From: a virus
Lineage: Duplodnaviria > Caudoviricetes
Virus record (IMG/VR): IMGVR_UViG_3300045257_000186
Location: 1 to 53,836 of that record
DNA: 53,836 nucleotides
Direction: 5' to 3' (one strand)
Made by a program: the position numbers and the translations under genes
Notes under the pieces: generated by a model
What the model was told of the DNA's origin: nothing
Databases searched by the model: none
What the model saw: only the letters and a program-made list of their open reading frames with translations
Part shown: positions 23,080 to 31,750 of the stretch, piece after piece
Layout: the number at the start of each line of letters is the position of its first letter
How positions within the stretch are numbered: the stretch's first letter is position 1

Positions 23080-23847
23080 GTGGCCTATAAGTTCAACGGC
23101 ACAACGCAAGAAATCCAAATAACCTCGCCGCCGGTATCGGCATTGCCGTTGACGATGATGGTCGATTGCAACCCGGGCTCCCAGAGCAGCGGGGCAATAC
23201 CGTTGTCTATCACGAACGCAACCCTCGCCCTCGACGGCTGGTTTCTTATAGCTGGTGCCAGCAGCGGTGCGACAATTCTTGCCAGGGCGTCGCAGGGCGG
23301 CTCGCAGACAACCGGAAGCTCTCTCGCAAATTTCTTTGCTGGCTCACGCCATATAGCGACAGGGGTGTTTACGTCGAATACATCGCGACAAGTCTTTTGC
23401 GATAATCAAGCCGGTGCCGTGGAGGCGACATCTAAAATCCCAACCGGACCACAGAACAGACTTACCATATCGGGGGCTAACCAGAGCGCCCAATTTATCC
23501 TCCCATTTATCGGCCCGATGTCCCGAGTGTGCCTTTGGTCACAAGCGTTGACTTTCGCAGAGCATATTGAGGTCTACCGCGGCACCGATCCCCGATCCAT
23601 CAGACCAAGTGCCATTGCTCTTTATTCTGATTTTGCCATGGTTCCGCTTGTGACCACGAATCTTATTAGCAAGCCACCGCGTTCGATCTATTTGCCCATT
23701 ACTAGGAACGCGATCAGCTCACCAGCATTCCCGACGCTGGTACCGAGCACGTCCGCCGGCTTGCCGCCGCTCCAAATTCCACGGCCGCCACTGCGCCGAC
23801 TCCCGGCGGGTCCAGCCACCCGCGCCTTCGGAACCATCATCGGATGA
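23080..23847 (+). CDS. concanavalin A-like/LamG lectin domain protein
   Basis: 'HIATGVF..RQVFCD', 'FIGPMSRVCLWSQALT..I..Y' LamG-like ending. Confidence 0.6.
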   Translation: MAYKFNGTTQEIQITSPPVSALPLTMMVDCNPGSQSSGAIPLSITNATLALDGWFLIAGASSGATILARASQGGSQTTGSSLANFFAGSRHIATGVFTSNTSRQVFCDNQAGAVEATSKIPTGPQNRLTISGANQSAQFILPFIGPMSRVCLWSQALTFAEHIEVYRGTDPRSIRPSAIALYSDFAMVPLVTTNLISKPPRSIYLPITRNAISSPAFPTLVPSTSAGLPPLQIPRPPLRRLPAGPATRAFGTIIG

Positions 23848-23974
23848 GACCAGGAAAAATCCCGATCAAGCCGCCCGCTGTCCGTCGCCAGGCCGCGCAG
23901 CAGCCTAAGCCGATCCCCAAGCCGTTCCTGACCCGGCCAGCGATACGGCCGATTAGGAGGCCCAAGGTTTAGCG

Positions 23975-24268
23975 ATGGAATTGCTCTGCATCATTTTCTT
24001 TCTCTGGCTGATTAGCTGCGCCTTTCCCTCTAGCGGCAGCGGCCACCATTTCGAGCCTATGATGGTTGTTGTGTTCATCGTTTGCGCAGCGGCGCTCGTT
24101 GGCTATGTAGCCATCGGTATTTACATTATGGCCGGCGTGGATTGGCTTACCGATAGCGGGTGGGTGGCTGTGCTCGCGGGAGCCGCATACTTCGTTGGAA
24201 CGATATGGTTGAATAAGTGGAACGCTGAAAGGCTGGATCGCCGAGATGAAGCGACGCGGCATAATTAA
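23975..24268 (+). CDS. membrane protein, possible holin
   Basis: Three hydrophobic segments, charged C-terminus, directly upstream of lysozyme; AGGAGG RBS region. Confidence 0.5.
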   Translation: MELLCIIFFLWLISCAFPSSGSGHHFEPMMVVVFIVCAAALVGYVAIGIYIMAGVDWLTDSGWVAVLAGAAYFVGTIWLNKWNAERLDRRDEATRHN

Positions 24269-24812
24269 ACGGCTCCGCGCGCTTGCGCCGATGACCGTCA
24301 GTCCGATCGGCGTCGAGAAGATCGTTCAGCGCGAGGGTGTCTACCTCCATGCCTATCAGGATACGGTGGGCGTTTGGACGATAGGGACCGGCCACACCTC
24401 GGCTGCGGGTCCGCCGCCGGTCTACCGGGGAATGACGATAACCGAGCAGCAGAATGAGCAAATCCTAGCGAACGACCTCAAACCGATTGTCGCGCAGCTT
24501 AACGCCACAATCCAGGTACCCTGCCTGCAAAACCAATTCGACGCCTTCGTATCGATCGTTTTCAACGTCGGCCCTAAATTCCTGCACTCGACTGCCATGC
24601 GGTTGTTCAATGCCGGCGACAATGCCGGTTGCGCCCAGGCGATCATGATGTGGCGGATTCCTCCGGAAATCATCGGACGGCGCAATACCGAGCGCATCCA
24701 GTTTTTGACGCCCTATCCGGTGGGTGCTAGAAGCGTACTTCGGCGTGGCAAGGTCAGGCAAAGGTTAGGCTCGGTTAGGCCTGGTGCGGCAAGGCGCGGC
24801 AAGGTGAGGTAA
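24246..24812 (+). CDS. endolysin, GH24 phage lysozyme (start may be 24291); C-terminal tail encoded by array D
   Basis: Catalytic E-x8-D-x5-T 'REGVYLHAYQDTVGVWTIGTGHT', 'QNQFDAFVSIVFNVG', 'RRNTER'. Confidence 0.9.
   Translation: MKRRGIIKRLRALAPMTVSPIGVEKIVQREGVYLHAYQDTVGVWTIGTGHTSAAGPPPVYRGMTITEQQNEQILANDLKPIVAQLNATIQVPCLQNQFDAFVSIVFNVGPKFLHSTAMRLFNAGDNAGCAQAIMMWRIPPEIIGRRNTERIQFLTPYPVGARSVLRRGKVRQRLGSVRPGAARRGKVR
24705..24733 (+). promoter_or_regulatory. sigma70-type promoter inside the lysozyme gene, pointing into GGYNN array D
   Basis: TTGACG-17 bp-TAGAAG, preceded by TGC; predicted start ~24740 at the first pentamer. Confidence 0.6.
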
Positions 24813-24817
24813 GGAAC
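24742..24817 (+). repeat. GGY-NN pentamer array D (putative guide RNA)
   Basis: GGCGT GGCAA GGTCA GGCAA(A) GGTTA GGCTC GGTTA GGCCT GGTGC GGCAA GGCGC GGCAA GGTGA GGTAA GGAAC: 14 GGY units plus terminal GGAAC. Confidence 0.9.
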
Positions 24818-24821
24818 TTCC

Positions 24822-25073
24822 GTGTCAACACAGCAACGATACTCGTTTTTAGCTAACGCCCTAGTCGGTTACGCGCATCAATGGATCGCCACGCTGCCCG
24901 GCTTCGAGCAATCCTTCATCCCGATGGAGAAAATACCAGCCGCGGCGGGCGCGCTGTCGAAATTCTGCGTCGATACGATCGATCAATACGACGCCAAGAA
25001 CCCACCCGTTCCCGCCCCCACGCCGCCCGCACCGGCCTCAACGCCGCTTAAACGAGGAAGGCCACGCAAATGA
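24822..25073 (+). CDS. hypothetical protein (its 5' end resembles the array D decoded target)
   Basis: GTG start after TAAGGA supplied by the array end. Confidence 0.65.
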   Translation: MSTQQRYSFLANALVGYAHQWIATLPGFEQSFIPMEKIPAAAGALSKFCVDTIDQYDAKNPPVPAPTPPAPASTPLKRGRPRK

Positions 25074-25309
25074 CGATTGATCCGAGAGTAGGGGCGTGGG
25101 TGAATTTCATTGTGCTGGTTCTGGGCGCTATCGGTGCTGGCACTGTAGTATTGGCGGGACTTCCAGACGCAACCAATACGATAATCAAGACGTGGGCGCT
25201 TAACGGCGTTGTTATCCTGTCTGCGGCTAACGTAGTGTTTCATCTTTACGACACGCCATCGGTTACGCCTACCGGCCTAAAGCGCATGGTCGCGCCGCCG
25301 CAGCCATGA
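25070..25309 (+). CDS. two-TM membrane protein, holin-like
   Basis: Two hydrophobic helices, in the lysis region. Confidence 0.55.
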   Translation: MTIDPRVGAWVNFIVLVLGAIGAGTVVLAGLPDATNTIIKTWALNGVVILSAANVVFHLYDTPSVTPTGLKRMVAPPQP

Positions 25310-25906
25310 ATGGCCGAACAGGTTGTCATTCAGTTTAGCACCACAGCGCACAATACCTGGCGATTGCGTTGGAAAAACCGTTGGTCAGAAGCCATCCGCC
25401 GCGCCGGCCATACTCAGTTTAGTCATTCCGATCTAGTGCTGGGGGACGGCTCTTTGCTAGGAGCGTCCAACAACCCCAAGGCTCCGGTTATTCGTGGCAA
25501 TCCCAATGGTGTCGCAATAAGGCCGCCAAACTATGAGCTGTGGGGCTACCGCCGTCGCATGGTTCTGGAAACACCACGGGCCAAAGACATCGAAAACCTA
25601 TGGCTGTCGCAAGTCGGCAAGGATTTCGACACAACCTTTATCTGGGATTTTGTCTCCGACAAGTGGCCGGGTGCCCGAGATTGGCGCCTTACCGACCGTT
25701 GGGTTTGTGCCGAAGGTATAACGTGGTCGATGGAGACGGCGGGCTTTTGGGCCGATGATTTTCCTGACGGCAAGCTGCCTTGGCCAAAAAATAGAGTTTC
25801 CCCGACCGATCTGCTATTAGTGCTGTTGACCGACCGCCGATGGGTAAATCGTGATACGTTCTGGAATGCCGTGCCGGGACTGAAACTCGATCCCGGCGAA
25901 ATCTAA
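25310..25906 (+). CDS. permuted papain-like (NlpC/P60-type) amidase
   Basis: His before Cys order: 'FSHSDLVL', 'QVGKDFD', 'WVCAE', 'VSPTDL'. Confidence 0.65.
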   Translation: MAEQVVIQFSTTAHNTWRLRWKNRWSEAIRRAGHTQFSHSDLVLGDGSLLGASNNPKAPVIRGNPNGVAIRPPNYELWGYRRRMVLETPRAKDIENLWLSQVGKDFDTTFIWDFVSDKWPGARDWRLTDRWVCAEGITWSMETAGFWADDFPDGKLPWPKNRVSPTDLLLVLLTDRRWVNRDTFWNAVPGLKLDPGEI

Positions 25907-25917
25907 GGGAGAACACC

Positions 25918-26103
25918 ATGCGGCTCCTGGTGGCGCTTTTGCTTCTATCGCTGATGTTTCCCTTGGGAGGCTGCGCCCTGATCGCCGCTGGCTTTGTCGG
26001 CGCCGCGTTGGAGCGTCATCAATGGGAACAGCAGCGTCAGCAATATTACTACCATCAGTGGGGACGCTACCGCCCAGCCTACTACTCAAACAGAGGACGC
26101 TGA
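25918..26103 (+). CDS. small lipoprotein-like protein
   Basis: Signal peptide with lipobox LGGC. Confidence 0.5.
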   Translation: MRLLVALLLLSLMFPLGGCALIAAGFVGAALERHQWEQQRQQYYYHQWGRYRPAYYSNRGR

Positions 26104-26105
26104 CC

Positions 26106-26447
26106 ATGCGTAAGATGACGATTGCTGCGGTTACGGCGCTGTCTTTGCTGACAGGGTGCAGCTCTGTCCAAATCACCAGTTTTCTAGCACAGGTGCAGGC
26201 GGACGCTGCGAGCCTTTGCCTGTTTGTGCCGACAATTGACACCATCCTCAATGTTGCCGCGGCTCTAGGAATACCGGCAACGGGAATTGCCGGGGCGGCT
26301 ATTAACACGGTCGCCGCTGCGATTTGCAGCCAAGTCCCGCCGCCTGCTTCGGCACGGTTCCGCTCGCTTGCCCCGCAAGGTGGTGGCCCGGCCAAGACTG
26401 TCGGCAACGTCAACGGCGTCCAGGTTAACGGCTGGCGCACGCACTAA
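26106..26447 (+). CDS. lipoprotein
   Basis: MRKMTIAAVTALSLLTGC lipobox; GAGGA RBS. Confidence 0.65.
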   Translation: MRKMTIAAVTALSLLTGCSSVQITSFLAQVQADAASLCLFVPTIDTILNVAAALGIPATGIAGAAINTVAAAICSQVPPPASARFRSLAPQGGGPAKTVGNVNGVQVNGWRTH

Positions 26448-27265
26448 TGCCCGACGACCTCGGTAAGCTCCCGCCGGTGCCTAACGCTGGCGTTCAGGAA
26501 CCGCTTGATCTCCCCGGCATGATGCTCGGCAAGCTCGGTGCCAAGTATATCAAAGGGGTTCCGGCGCTCGGGATTTACACCGCACAGCTACCCCCGCCGC
26601 CTGCATCGATCGCTTATAGCGGGGGATTACGCCAGCTTGGCCCGATGGCAAACGACAGGACGTCCGATTGCACTTGCGCGGCCTGCGGTCACGCCATCCA
26701 AGTATGGACATCAATGACCTCGGGAGAGGTTGTTGTGCCGGATGCGGCTATCGTCGATTTTTATTCACGCGAGTCCGGATACGTTCCCGGCGACCCCAAT
26801 ACCGACAATGGCGCGGTAGCGTCCGAGGTGCTGCTCTATTGGTACAAGAATCCGCTGGCCGGTCACGCGCTGGCTGGATTCGCCTCGATCCGCCCCGGCA
26901 ACCGCACCTCGATCCGCGATGCCATCTACCTGTTCGGCATTTGCTATCTCGGCGTGCAACTCCCTATTAGCGCCCAACGCGCTACGAGCTGGTCTTTGTC
27001 GCAAGACCAATCTCTGACCGGCTCTTGGGAGCCGGGCTCTTGGGGCGGCCACGCCATCCCGGCTTGCGATTATGACGAGAACGGCGTGACAGTCATTTCC
27101 TGGGGCAAACTGATAAAGGCATCATGGACCTGGCTGGACGCCTACATGGACGAGGGTTATGCGATTTTGTCTAAGGATTGGATGAACGCGCTCGATAATT
27201 CCCCGCCGGGGTTCGATTTTGCCGCCCTGGAAACCGACATGAACTCGCTGCGGGTATCGCCGTGA
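26447..27265 (+). CDS. papain-like (C1-type) cysteine peptidase
   Basis: 'NDRTSDCTCAACGH', 'WGGHAI...YD', 'ISWG' catalytic-motif spacing. Confidence 0.7.
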   Translation: MPDDLGKLPPVPNAGVQEPLDLPGMMLGKLGAKYIKGVPALGIYTAQLPPPPASIAYSGGLRQLGPMANDRTSDCTCAACGHAIQVWTSMTSGEVVVPDAAIVDFYSRESGYVPGDPNTDNGAVASEVLLYWYKNPLAGHALAGFASIRPGNRTSIRDAIYLFGICYLGVQLPISAQRATSWSLSQDQSLTGSWEPGSWGGHAIPACDYDENGVTVISWGKLIKASWTWLDAYMDEGYAILSKDWMNALDNSPPGFDFAALETDMNSLRVSP

Positions 27266-27492
27266 AATGGCTACTCGCCTTTGCTCTGGGCTTTGCCCTA
27301 GCCGGGTCTGTTCAGGCAATCAAAAAGGCATTTGGCGCCGGCCCCGACGCCTTCGTGCAAATGCTCGAGCGCAGGGAGGGCGTGTTCCCCGGCCAAACCA
27401 AGGTGCTGCCCGACTGCAACTGTACCGTGCGCTACCTTGGCACCGTCAGGCACGGTCGCGTATACTCAGTCCAAATTGAGAAGCTGGATTGA
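27262..27492 (+). CDS. hypothetical exported protein
   Basis: Signal-like N-terminus; GTGA overlap. Confidence 0.5.
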   Translation: MKWLLAFALGFALAGSVQAIKKAFGAGPDAFVQMLERREGVFPGQTKVLPDCNCTVRYLGTVRHGRVYSVQIEKLD

Positions 27493-27509
27493 GGAAACGC
27501 GGGGCATAA

Positions 27510-28241
27510 ATGCCAAAGCCAAACCAAACACCAGACGAGTCGATGGTGGGCCGATCCGGCATCCCGGTTGATTACGCCGGGGCGCCTACGGTTGACCCCA
27601 CTAAGAACGTCCTCGATCTGGTCCGCGCTGAAAGCAAATATCAGGATGCAATGCGCGATGCCCTCAACGATTATCAGAATGGAATGCGCGAGTCGCAAAA
27701 GGAATTCCAAAACTTTGCTCGCGATACACAAGCGACCTTCCAAAATCAGATGCGTGACGCTGAAACGCGCAGGCTAGACGAACTCGCGACGACCTCTAGG
27801 ATTTTTCAAGACACGATCCGCAATATGCTCGCCGAGTCAGTGCGAACGACCTCAGACCTCGTGAGCAACCAGCTTGTCCAGATTCAAGCCACATTCAACG
27901 AGCGCGTTAGTAAGCTAGAGGCGGGAGCGTTCATGGCGGCCGGGAAAAGCAGCGTTGCCGACCCCGCGCTCGCGGATGCTATGACGCGGATAACCAACGG
28001 CATCGCGGCGCTAGGCGCGTCAACAACAGAAACCCTAATGAAAATGCAGACCAGCAACGCGGAGGCGTGGCAAAAGCTATCGGCAAACATTGCTACCGTC
28101 GGTACAAAGGAATTGCAGACTAAAAGCGAACGCATGGGCCAGGGCCAGGTGATCGCTTGGATCATCGGCGCCGCGATGCTGATGGCCGCAATCGCAACCC
28201 CGCTTATTGCTTTCTTGGCACTAAGGCCGCCGCATCCATGA
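27510..28241 (+). CDS. coiled-coil protein with C-terminal TM anchor
   Basis: Heptad-rich helices and hydrophobic C-terminus. Confidence 0.65.
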   Translation: MPKPNQTPDESMVGRSGIPVDYAGAPTVDPTKNVLDLVRAESKYQDAMRDALNDYQNGMRESQKEFQNFARDTQATFQNQMRDAETRRLDELATTSRIFQDTIRNMLAESVRTTSDLVSNQLVQIQATFNERVSKLEAGAFMAAGKSSVADPALADAMTRITNGIAALGASTTETLMKMQTSNAEAWQKLSANIATVGTKELQTKSERMGQGQVIAWIIGAAMLMAAIATPLIAFLALRPPHP

Positions 28242-28354
28242 GCGTTCTGGTGGTCCTTCTCTTGTGGTCTATCCTCGTTCTTCTTTTGCTGCTGTTCCTG
28301 CTCTACAGGCCGCACTGATCTTGGGTTTGTCACAGAAAACTATTATATACGCCT

Positions 28355-28705
28355 ATGGCGTGGTTTTGGCCGGATCGGCTCGATCAGGTACTCGCGACAC
28401 AGCAGCAAATCCTGCGGCTGTTGCAACAGATCATCACAAAGGAGAATCAAATGGCAGTTAACCTTGCTGCGATCACCGCAGAAGTTGCCAATAACACCAG
28501 CGTAAGCCAAAGCGTCGTAACCCTTGTTCAAAACCTCGCGGCTCAGATCGCCGCGATCCCGCCGTCAAACGACCCGGTAACGCAAGCGGCGCTCGACCAG
28601 CTTACCCAAACCCTGACAACGAACGATGGCGCAATCGCCTCGGCCGTTACGGCGAATACGCCGGCCGCGCCGGCGCCGGCACCGGCGTCAGCCAGGAGCA
28701 AGTAA
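28355..28705 (+). CDS. hypothetical helical protein (alternative start 28451 with AAGGAG RBS)
   Basis: ORF, Ala/Gln-rich amphipathic helices. Confidence 0.55.
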   Translation: MAWFWPDRLDQVLATQQQILRLLQQIITKENQMAVNLAAITAEVANNTSVSQSVVTLVQNLAAQIAAIPPSNDPVTQAALDQLTQTLTTNDGAIASAVTANTPAAPAPAPASARSK

Positions 28706-28795
28706 CTTGCCCATAGTTGCCTAAATTCTGCCATCCGTGCATGTAGATTACGGACAGGGCTGCATTTACGCGGCCCTTTTCGCACGGAGGGTTCA

Positions 28796-29206
28796 ATGAG
28801 AGTTGCAATTATTCTGGCCACACTGGCGCTCGGCATAACGTCAGCACAGGCAAAATCTCATCACCGCCACCATTATCGGCACTACGCCCATCATCACCAC
28901 CACTCTCGACACTACGCATCGTACCACGACGGTCGGCCGTCCGCTTGGTGCGGCTGGTGGCTCAAGAATGCGCTTCACGTCGTTAACTCGAGCCTAAACC
29001 TCAATCTGGCGCGCGAGTGGAGGCTTTGGGGCCGCCCGGCATCCGGTCCGGCGCCTGGCGTGATTGGCGTAGAACCGCACCATGTTTTCAAGGTTATCGC
29101 CGTTGTCGGCCGCGGCCGTGTGCTTGCCATCTCCGGTAACGACGGTCACGCCGTCCGTACTAGGGTACGCTCAACGCGCGGGGTAATTGCGTGGAGGGAA
29201 GGCTAA
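28796..29206 (+). CDS. secreted His-rich CHAP/NlpC-like protein
   Basis: Signal peptide, His-rich linker, 'WCGW..AREW..WG..PG....HHV..ISGN'. Confidence 0.6.
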   Translation: MRVAIILATLALGITSAQAKSHHRHHYRHYAHHHHHSRHYASYHDGRPSAWCGWWLKNALHVVNSSLNLNLAREWRLWGRPASGPAPGVIGVEPHHVFKVIAVVGRGRVLAISGNDGHAVRTRVRSTRGVIAWREG

Positions 29207-29315
29207 TCCGGCGGTCTGATCCACATCGAGGGAGGGTCAGGTGGCTCCTGATTATCCCACCAGCAAACGAGAAACGCGGCGGTCGCAATGACCGCCGCGC
29301 CTATTTCGAGCCACG

Positions 29316-30239
29316 TCAGCAAGTGACCCCGATGTTTGATGGATCGCATTTGCGCGTCCCGGTGCCGCTCACAGTCGACGGACCTGGGCCGCTGGTGCCA
29401 ATGCCGATCGGACAGTTCGCGATAATGCTCGATCCGGTAATCTCCACGGCAGACAACGCCAGCCACCGGCAATTCTGAGACAGGATCGGTGCGCCAATGA
29501 CGCCGCCGATGATCTTGGTCATGCTCCGCGCCGGGCCCACGTCGTTGATGTAAATCGAATTTAAGTACGGTCCGCTAAAATCGGTCTCATCAAAGCCATT
29601 CTCGAAGCACGTCGAGTTTGGCGTGATGGCGACATAGACGCCGTAGGCTACAGGATTGCCGTTGTCGATCTTGTCGCGGATATACCAATTGCCAGAGGTG
29701 GTTAAGAGGCCGCCGCCAGTGGTCCCGACTCCGGCGAGATTGGAATTGAATACGGTGCCGTCGCAGCCGTTGTTCTGCAACGCAAACCGGCCGCCGACGA
29801 TATTGACGCTATCGAAATGAGTAACCGCGTTGGGGCCTACGACGACGCAATCATTGGCAGCAAAGGCCGATTGGCTACATACCACTGAGATATTCGCTAT
29901 CTTCTCGTACTCGTTGCCGTTACCGGAGGGCTTAGGGTTGGCATTGAGCGCGGTAAAATCGCCGCTTGTTGTGATCTGCGCGCACGCCTCGTTCGCGGCA
30001 TCAACCGTTGTGGCTGTATATTGCTGCAAAGTCATCGACGTGCCGTAGTTGCCGCAGGGGAACCACAGCCGGCCGCCGCCGTTGTCGCGCATCCAATTAA
30101 ACTGGCATGTGATCGCGGGACTATCGTCGGTGCCGCTGCCGGCGGCGGCGGGGCAACCGTGGTCCCCGGATTTGACGTTGGTGCCCCCAGCAAGGGCGGG
30201 AGCCGCGGCAAGGCATAGCAAGATTGCGAAGCGGTTCAT
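29316..30239 (-). CDS. secreted pectin-lyase-like beta-helix protein
   Basis: Signal peptide; 'GTDDSPAI....GGGRLWFPCGNY' pectate_lyase_3-type start. Confidence 0.65.
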   Translation of the reverse strand: MNRFAILLCLAAAPALAGGTNVKSGDHGCPAAAGSGTDDSPAITCQFNWMRDNGGGRLWFPCGNYGTSMTLQQYTATTVDAANEACAQITTSGDFTALNANPKPSGNGNEYEKIANISVVCSQSAFAANDCVVVGPNAVTHFDSVNIVGGRFALQNNGCDGTVFNSNLAGVGTTGGGLLTTSGNWYIRDKIDNGNPVAYGVYVAITPNSTCFENGFDETDFSGPYLNSIYINDVGPARSMTKIIGGVIGAPILSQNCRWLALSAVEITGSSIIANCPIGIGTSGPGPSTVSGTGTRKCDPSNIGVTC

Positions 30240-31525
30240 TTCTTCAATTCTCTCACGCGCTCGTTTTTAATATCCATCGCGTCGTCCAAGTTCTCGAAGG
30301 TCACGCCGCAGCGGTCGCGAAGATTGCGATCGGCGCGCCAAGCCTCTTCGAGGGCATCGACGGTAGTGACGAAAGCGAGCCACTTTCTCAGATAGGCGTG
30401 ATACTCGGCCGCGTTCCGCGGATTGAAAGCTTCCGGCTCGGTCATGGTTGAACTTGAGCTAATGACGGTACTTCCCGCGCCGCCACCACTTGCGGCCGGT
30501 GCCGGCGCGTTCACAGAGACATTCGTTACTTTTCCATGCTCAATGGTCGCCGTCGCATTGCCCGACGCTACCGTAATCTTGTCACTTTCCGGATATAGCG
30601 CCGGCGCCTCACCGGCATGTTTCTTAGTCTTTGGCCGACCGCGAACCTTTTTCGGCTTAACCTCGCCGGTTTGCTGATCGACCGTTTCCTCGTCACCCAA
30701 CGGGTTCGCCACCTTGTCGAACGCTCCCGCCGTCATACGGCGCGGGTCGGTTAATTCCTCCACCGTCACGCTGCCGTCCCGCAGCGCGCCGTACATGCCG
30801 CGCAACACCGGCAGATGTTCCAAGGTCAGGTCAGGCTCGCCTTTCAGCCCCAGAAGCGCGTAAATCTGGTCGGGCTTGATGCCGAATTGCGCGAAGGCTT
30901 TAATTGCTTTCCCTTTCCGCTCGGCAAAGGTTTCCTCGGTACCGCGGACAATTTGCAATGCCTTCTCATAGATCGGGAACCAAATAGCCCTCGGCACGGC
31001 GTTGAGGATCGCATTGCGCCGGGCGATCGAGGCCGCGGCCATGCCCGTAACCATAATCATGTCGTCGGAGAAGATTCGGCCGTACTTATCGACGATGCGC
31101 CGCTGTACCGGCAGCACTGTCTTGCGGTTGGTTTCGAGATCATGGAAGCCGCCCTCGGCTATCACAACCTTTTCATGGCGGTCGATGTGAACGATGCGAG
31201 CGCCGTCAGAGCAATTGCCCCAACACGACGCGATGATATTGGCGAAGCCGATGCTGGCACCGATGATCGGTTTGCCGCCACGCGGCAGGCTGTAAATGCA
31301 ATTCTCGGCCGCCTGTTCGTTGTAGCAGGCCAAGGTCTCGATTTTCTTAATGACCGTATCGAGTACCCGCGGATAGCGATGGGCTGTGGCAATCGCCTCG
31401 TCTATCTCCGCACGCGCCAAATCGACGGCGAGGCTTTGCTCGCCGAGCACTGTTGCCGGCAAATTAACAGCCTCCAGCTTGTGTTCATTTTGCATTTTCA
31501 TCTGCTCATTTCCATTGCCAGTCAT
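30236..31525 (-). CDS. conserved phage protein, putative single-strand annealing/recombination partner of the exonuclease
   Basis: 'RAEID..IATAHRYPR', 'YSLPRGGKPIIG', 'WGN'; AAAGGAG RBS; function inferred only from its position in the RecE-like operon. Confidence 0.55.
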   Translation of the reverse strand: MTGNGNEQMKMQNEHKLEAVNLPATVLGEQSLAVDLARAEIDEAIATAHRYPRVLDTVIKKIETLACYNEQAAENCIYSLPRGGKPIIGASIGFANIIASCWGNCSDGARIVHIDRHEKVVIAEGGFHDLETNRKTVLPVQRRIVDKYGRIFSDDMIMVTGMAAASIARRNAILNAVPRAIWFPIYEKALQIVRGTEETFAERKGKAIKAFAQFGIKPDQIYALLGLKGEPDLTLEHLPVLRGMYGALRDGSVTVEELTDPRRMTAGAFDKVANPLGDEETVDQQTGEVKPKKVRGRPKTKKHAGEAPALYPESDKITVASGNATATIEHGKVTNVSVNAPAPAASGGGAGSTVISSSSTMTEPEAFNPRNAAEYHAYLRKWLAFVTTVDALEEAWRADRNLRDRCGVTFENLDDAMDIKNERVRELKK

Positions 31526-31550
31526 CGATTGCTCCTTTCTTCGTCATATC

Positions 31551-31750
31551 TTTCCCTACCTCACCACGCCTTACCGGACCATGCCGGACCAAGCCACGCC
31601 CGACCCTGCCTAGCCGAGGCTTTCCCTACCTTGCCACACCATGCCAAGCCCAACCTGACCTTACCGGACCAGACCCCGCACTACCTTGCCGTGCCTGACC
31701 GTGCCGCGCCCTGCCACGCCATGCCTTGCCCCGCCCTGCCGCACCGGGCC
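31551..31750 (-). repeat. GGY-NN pentamer array A (three tandem putative guide units)
   Basis: 40 in-phase pentamers, 36 matching GGY, starting right after the RAMP gene stop; units end in GGTAG or GGTAG GGAAA. Confidence 0.92.
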
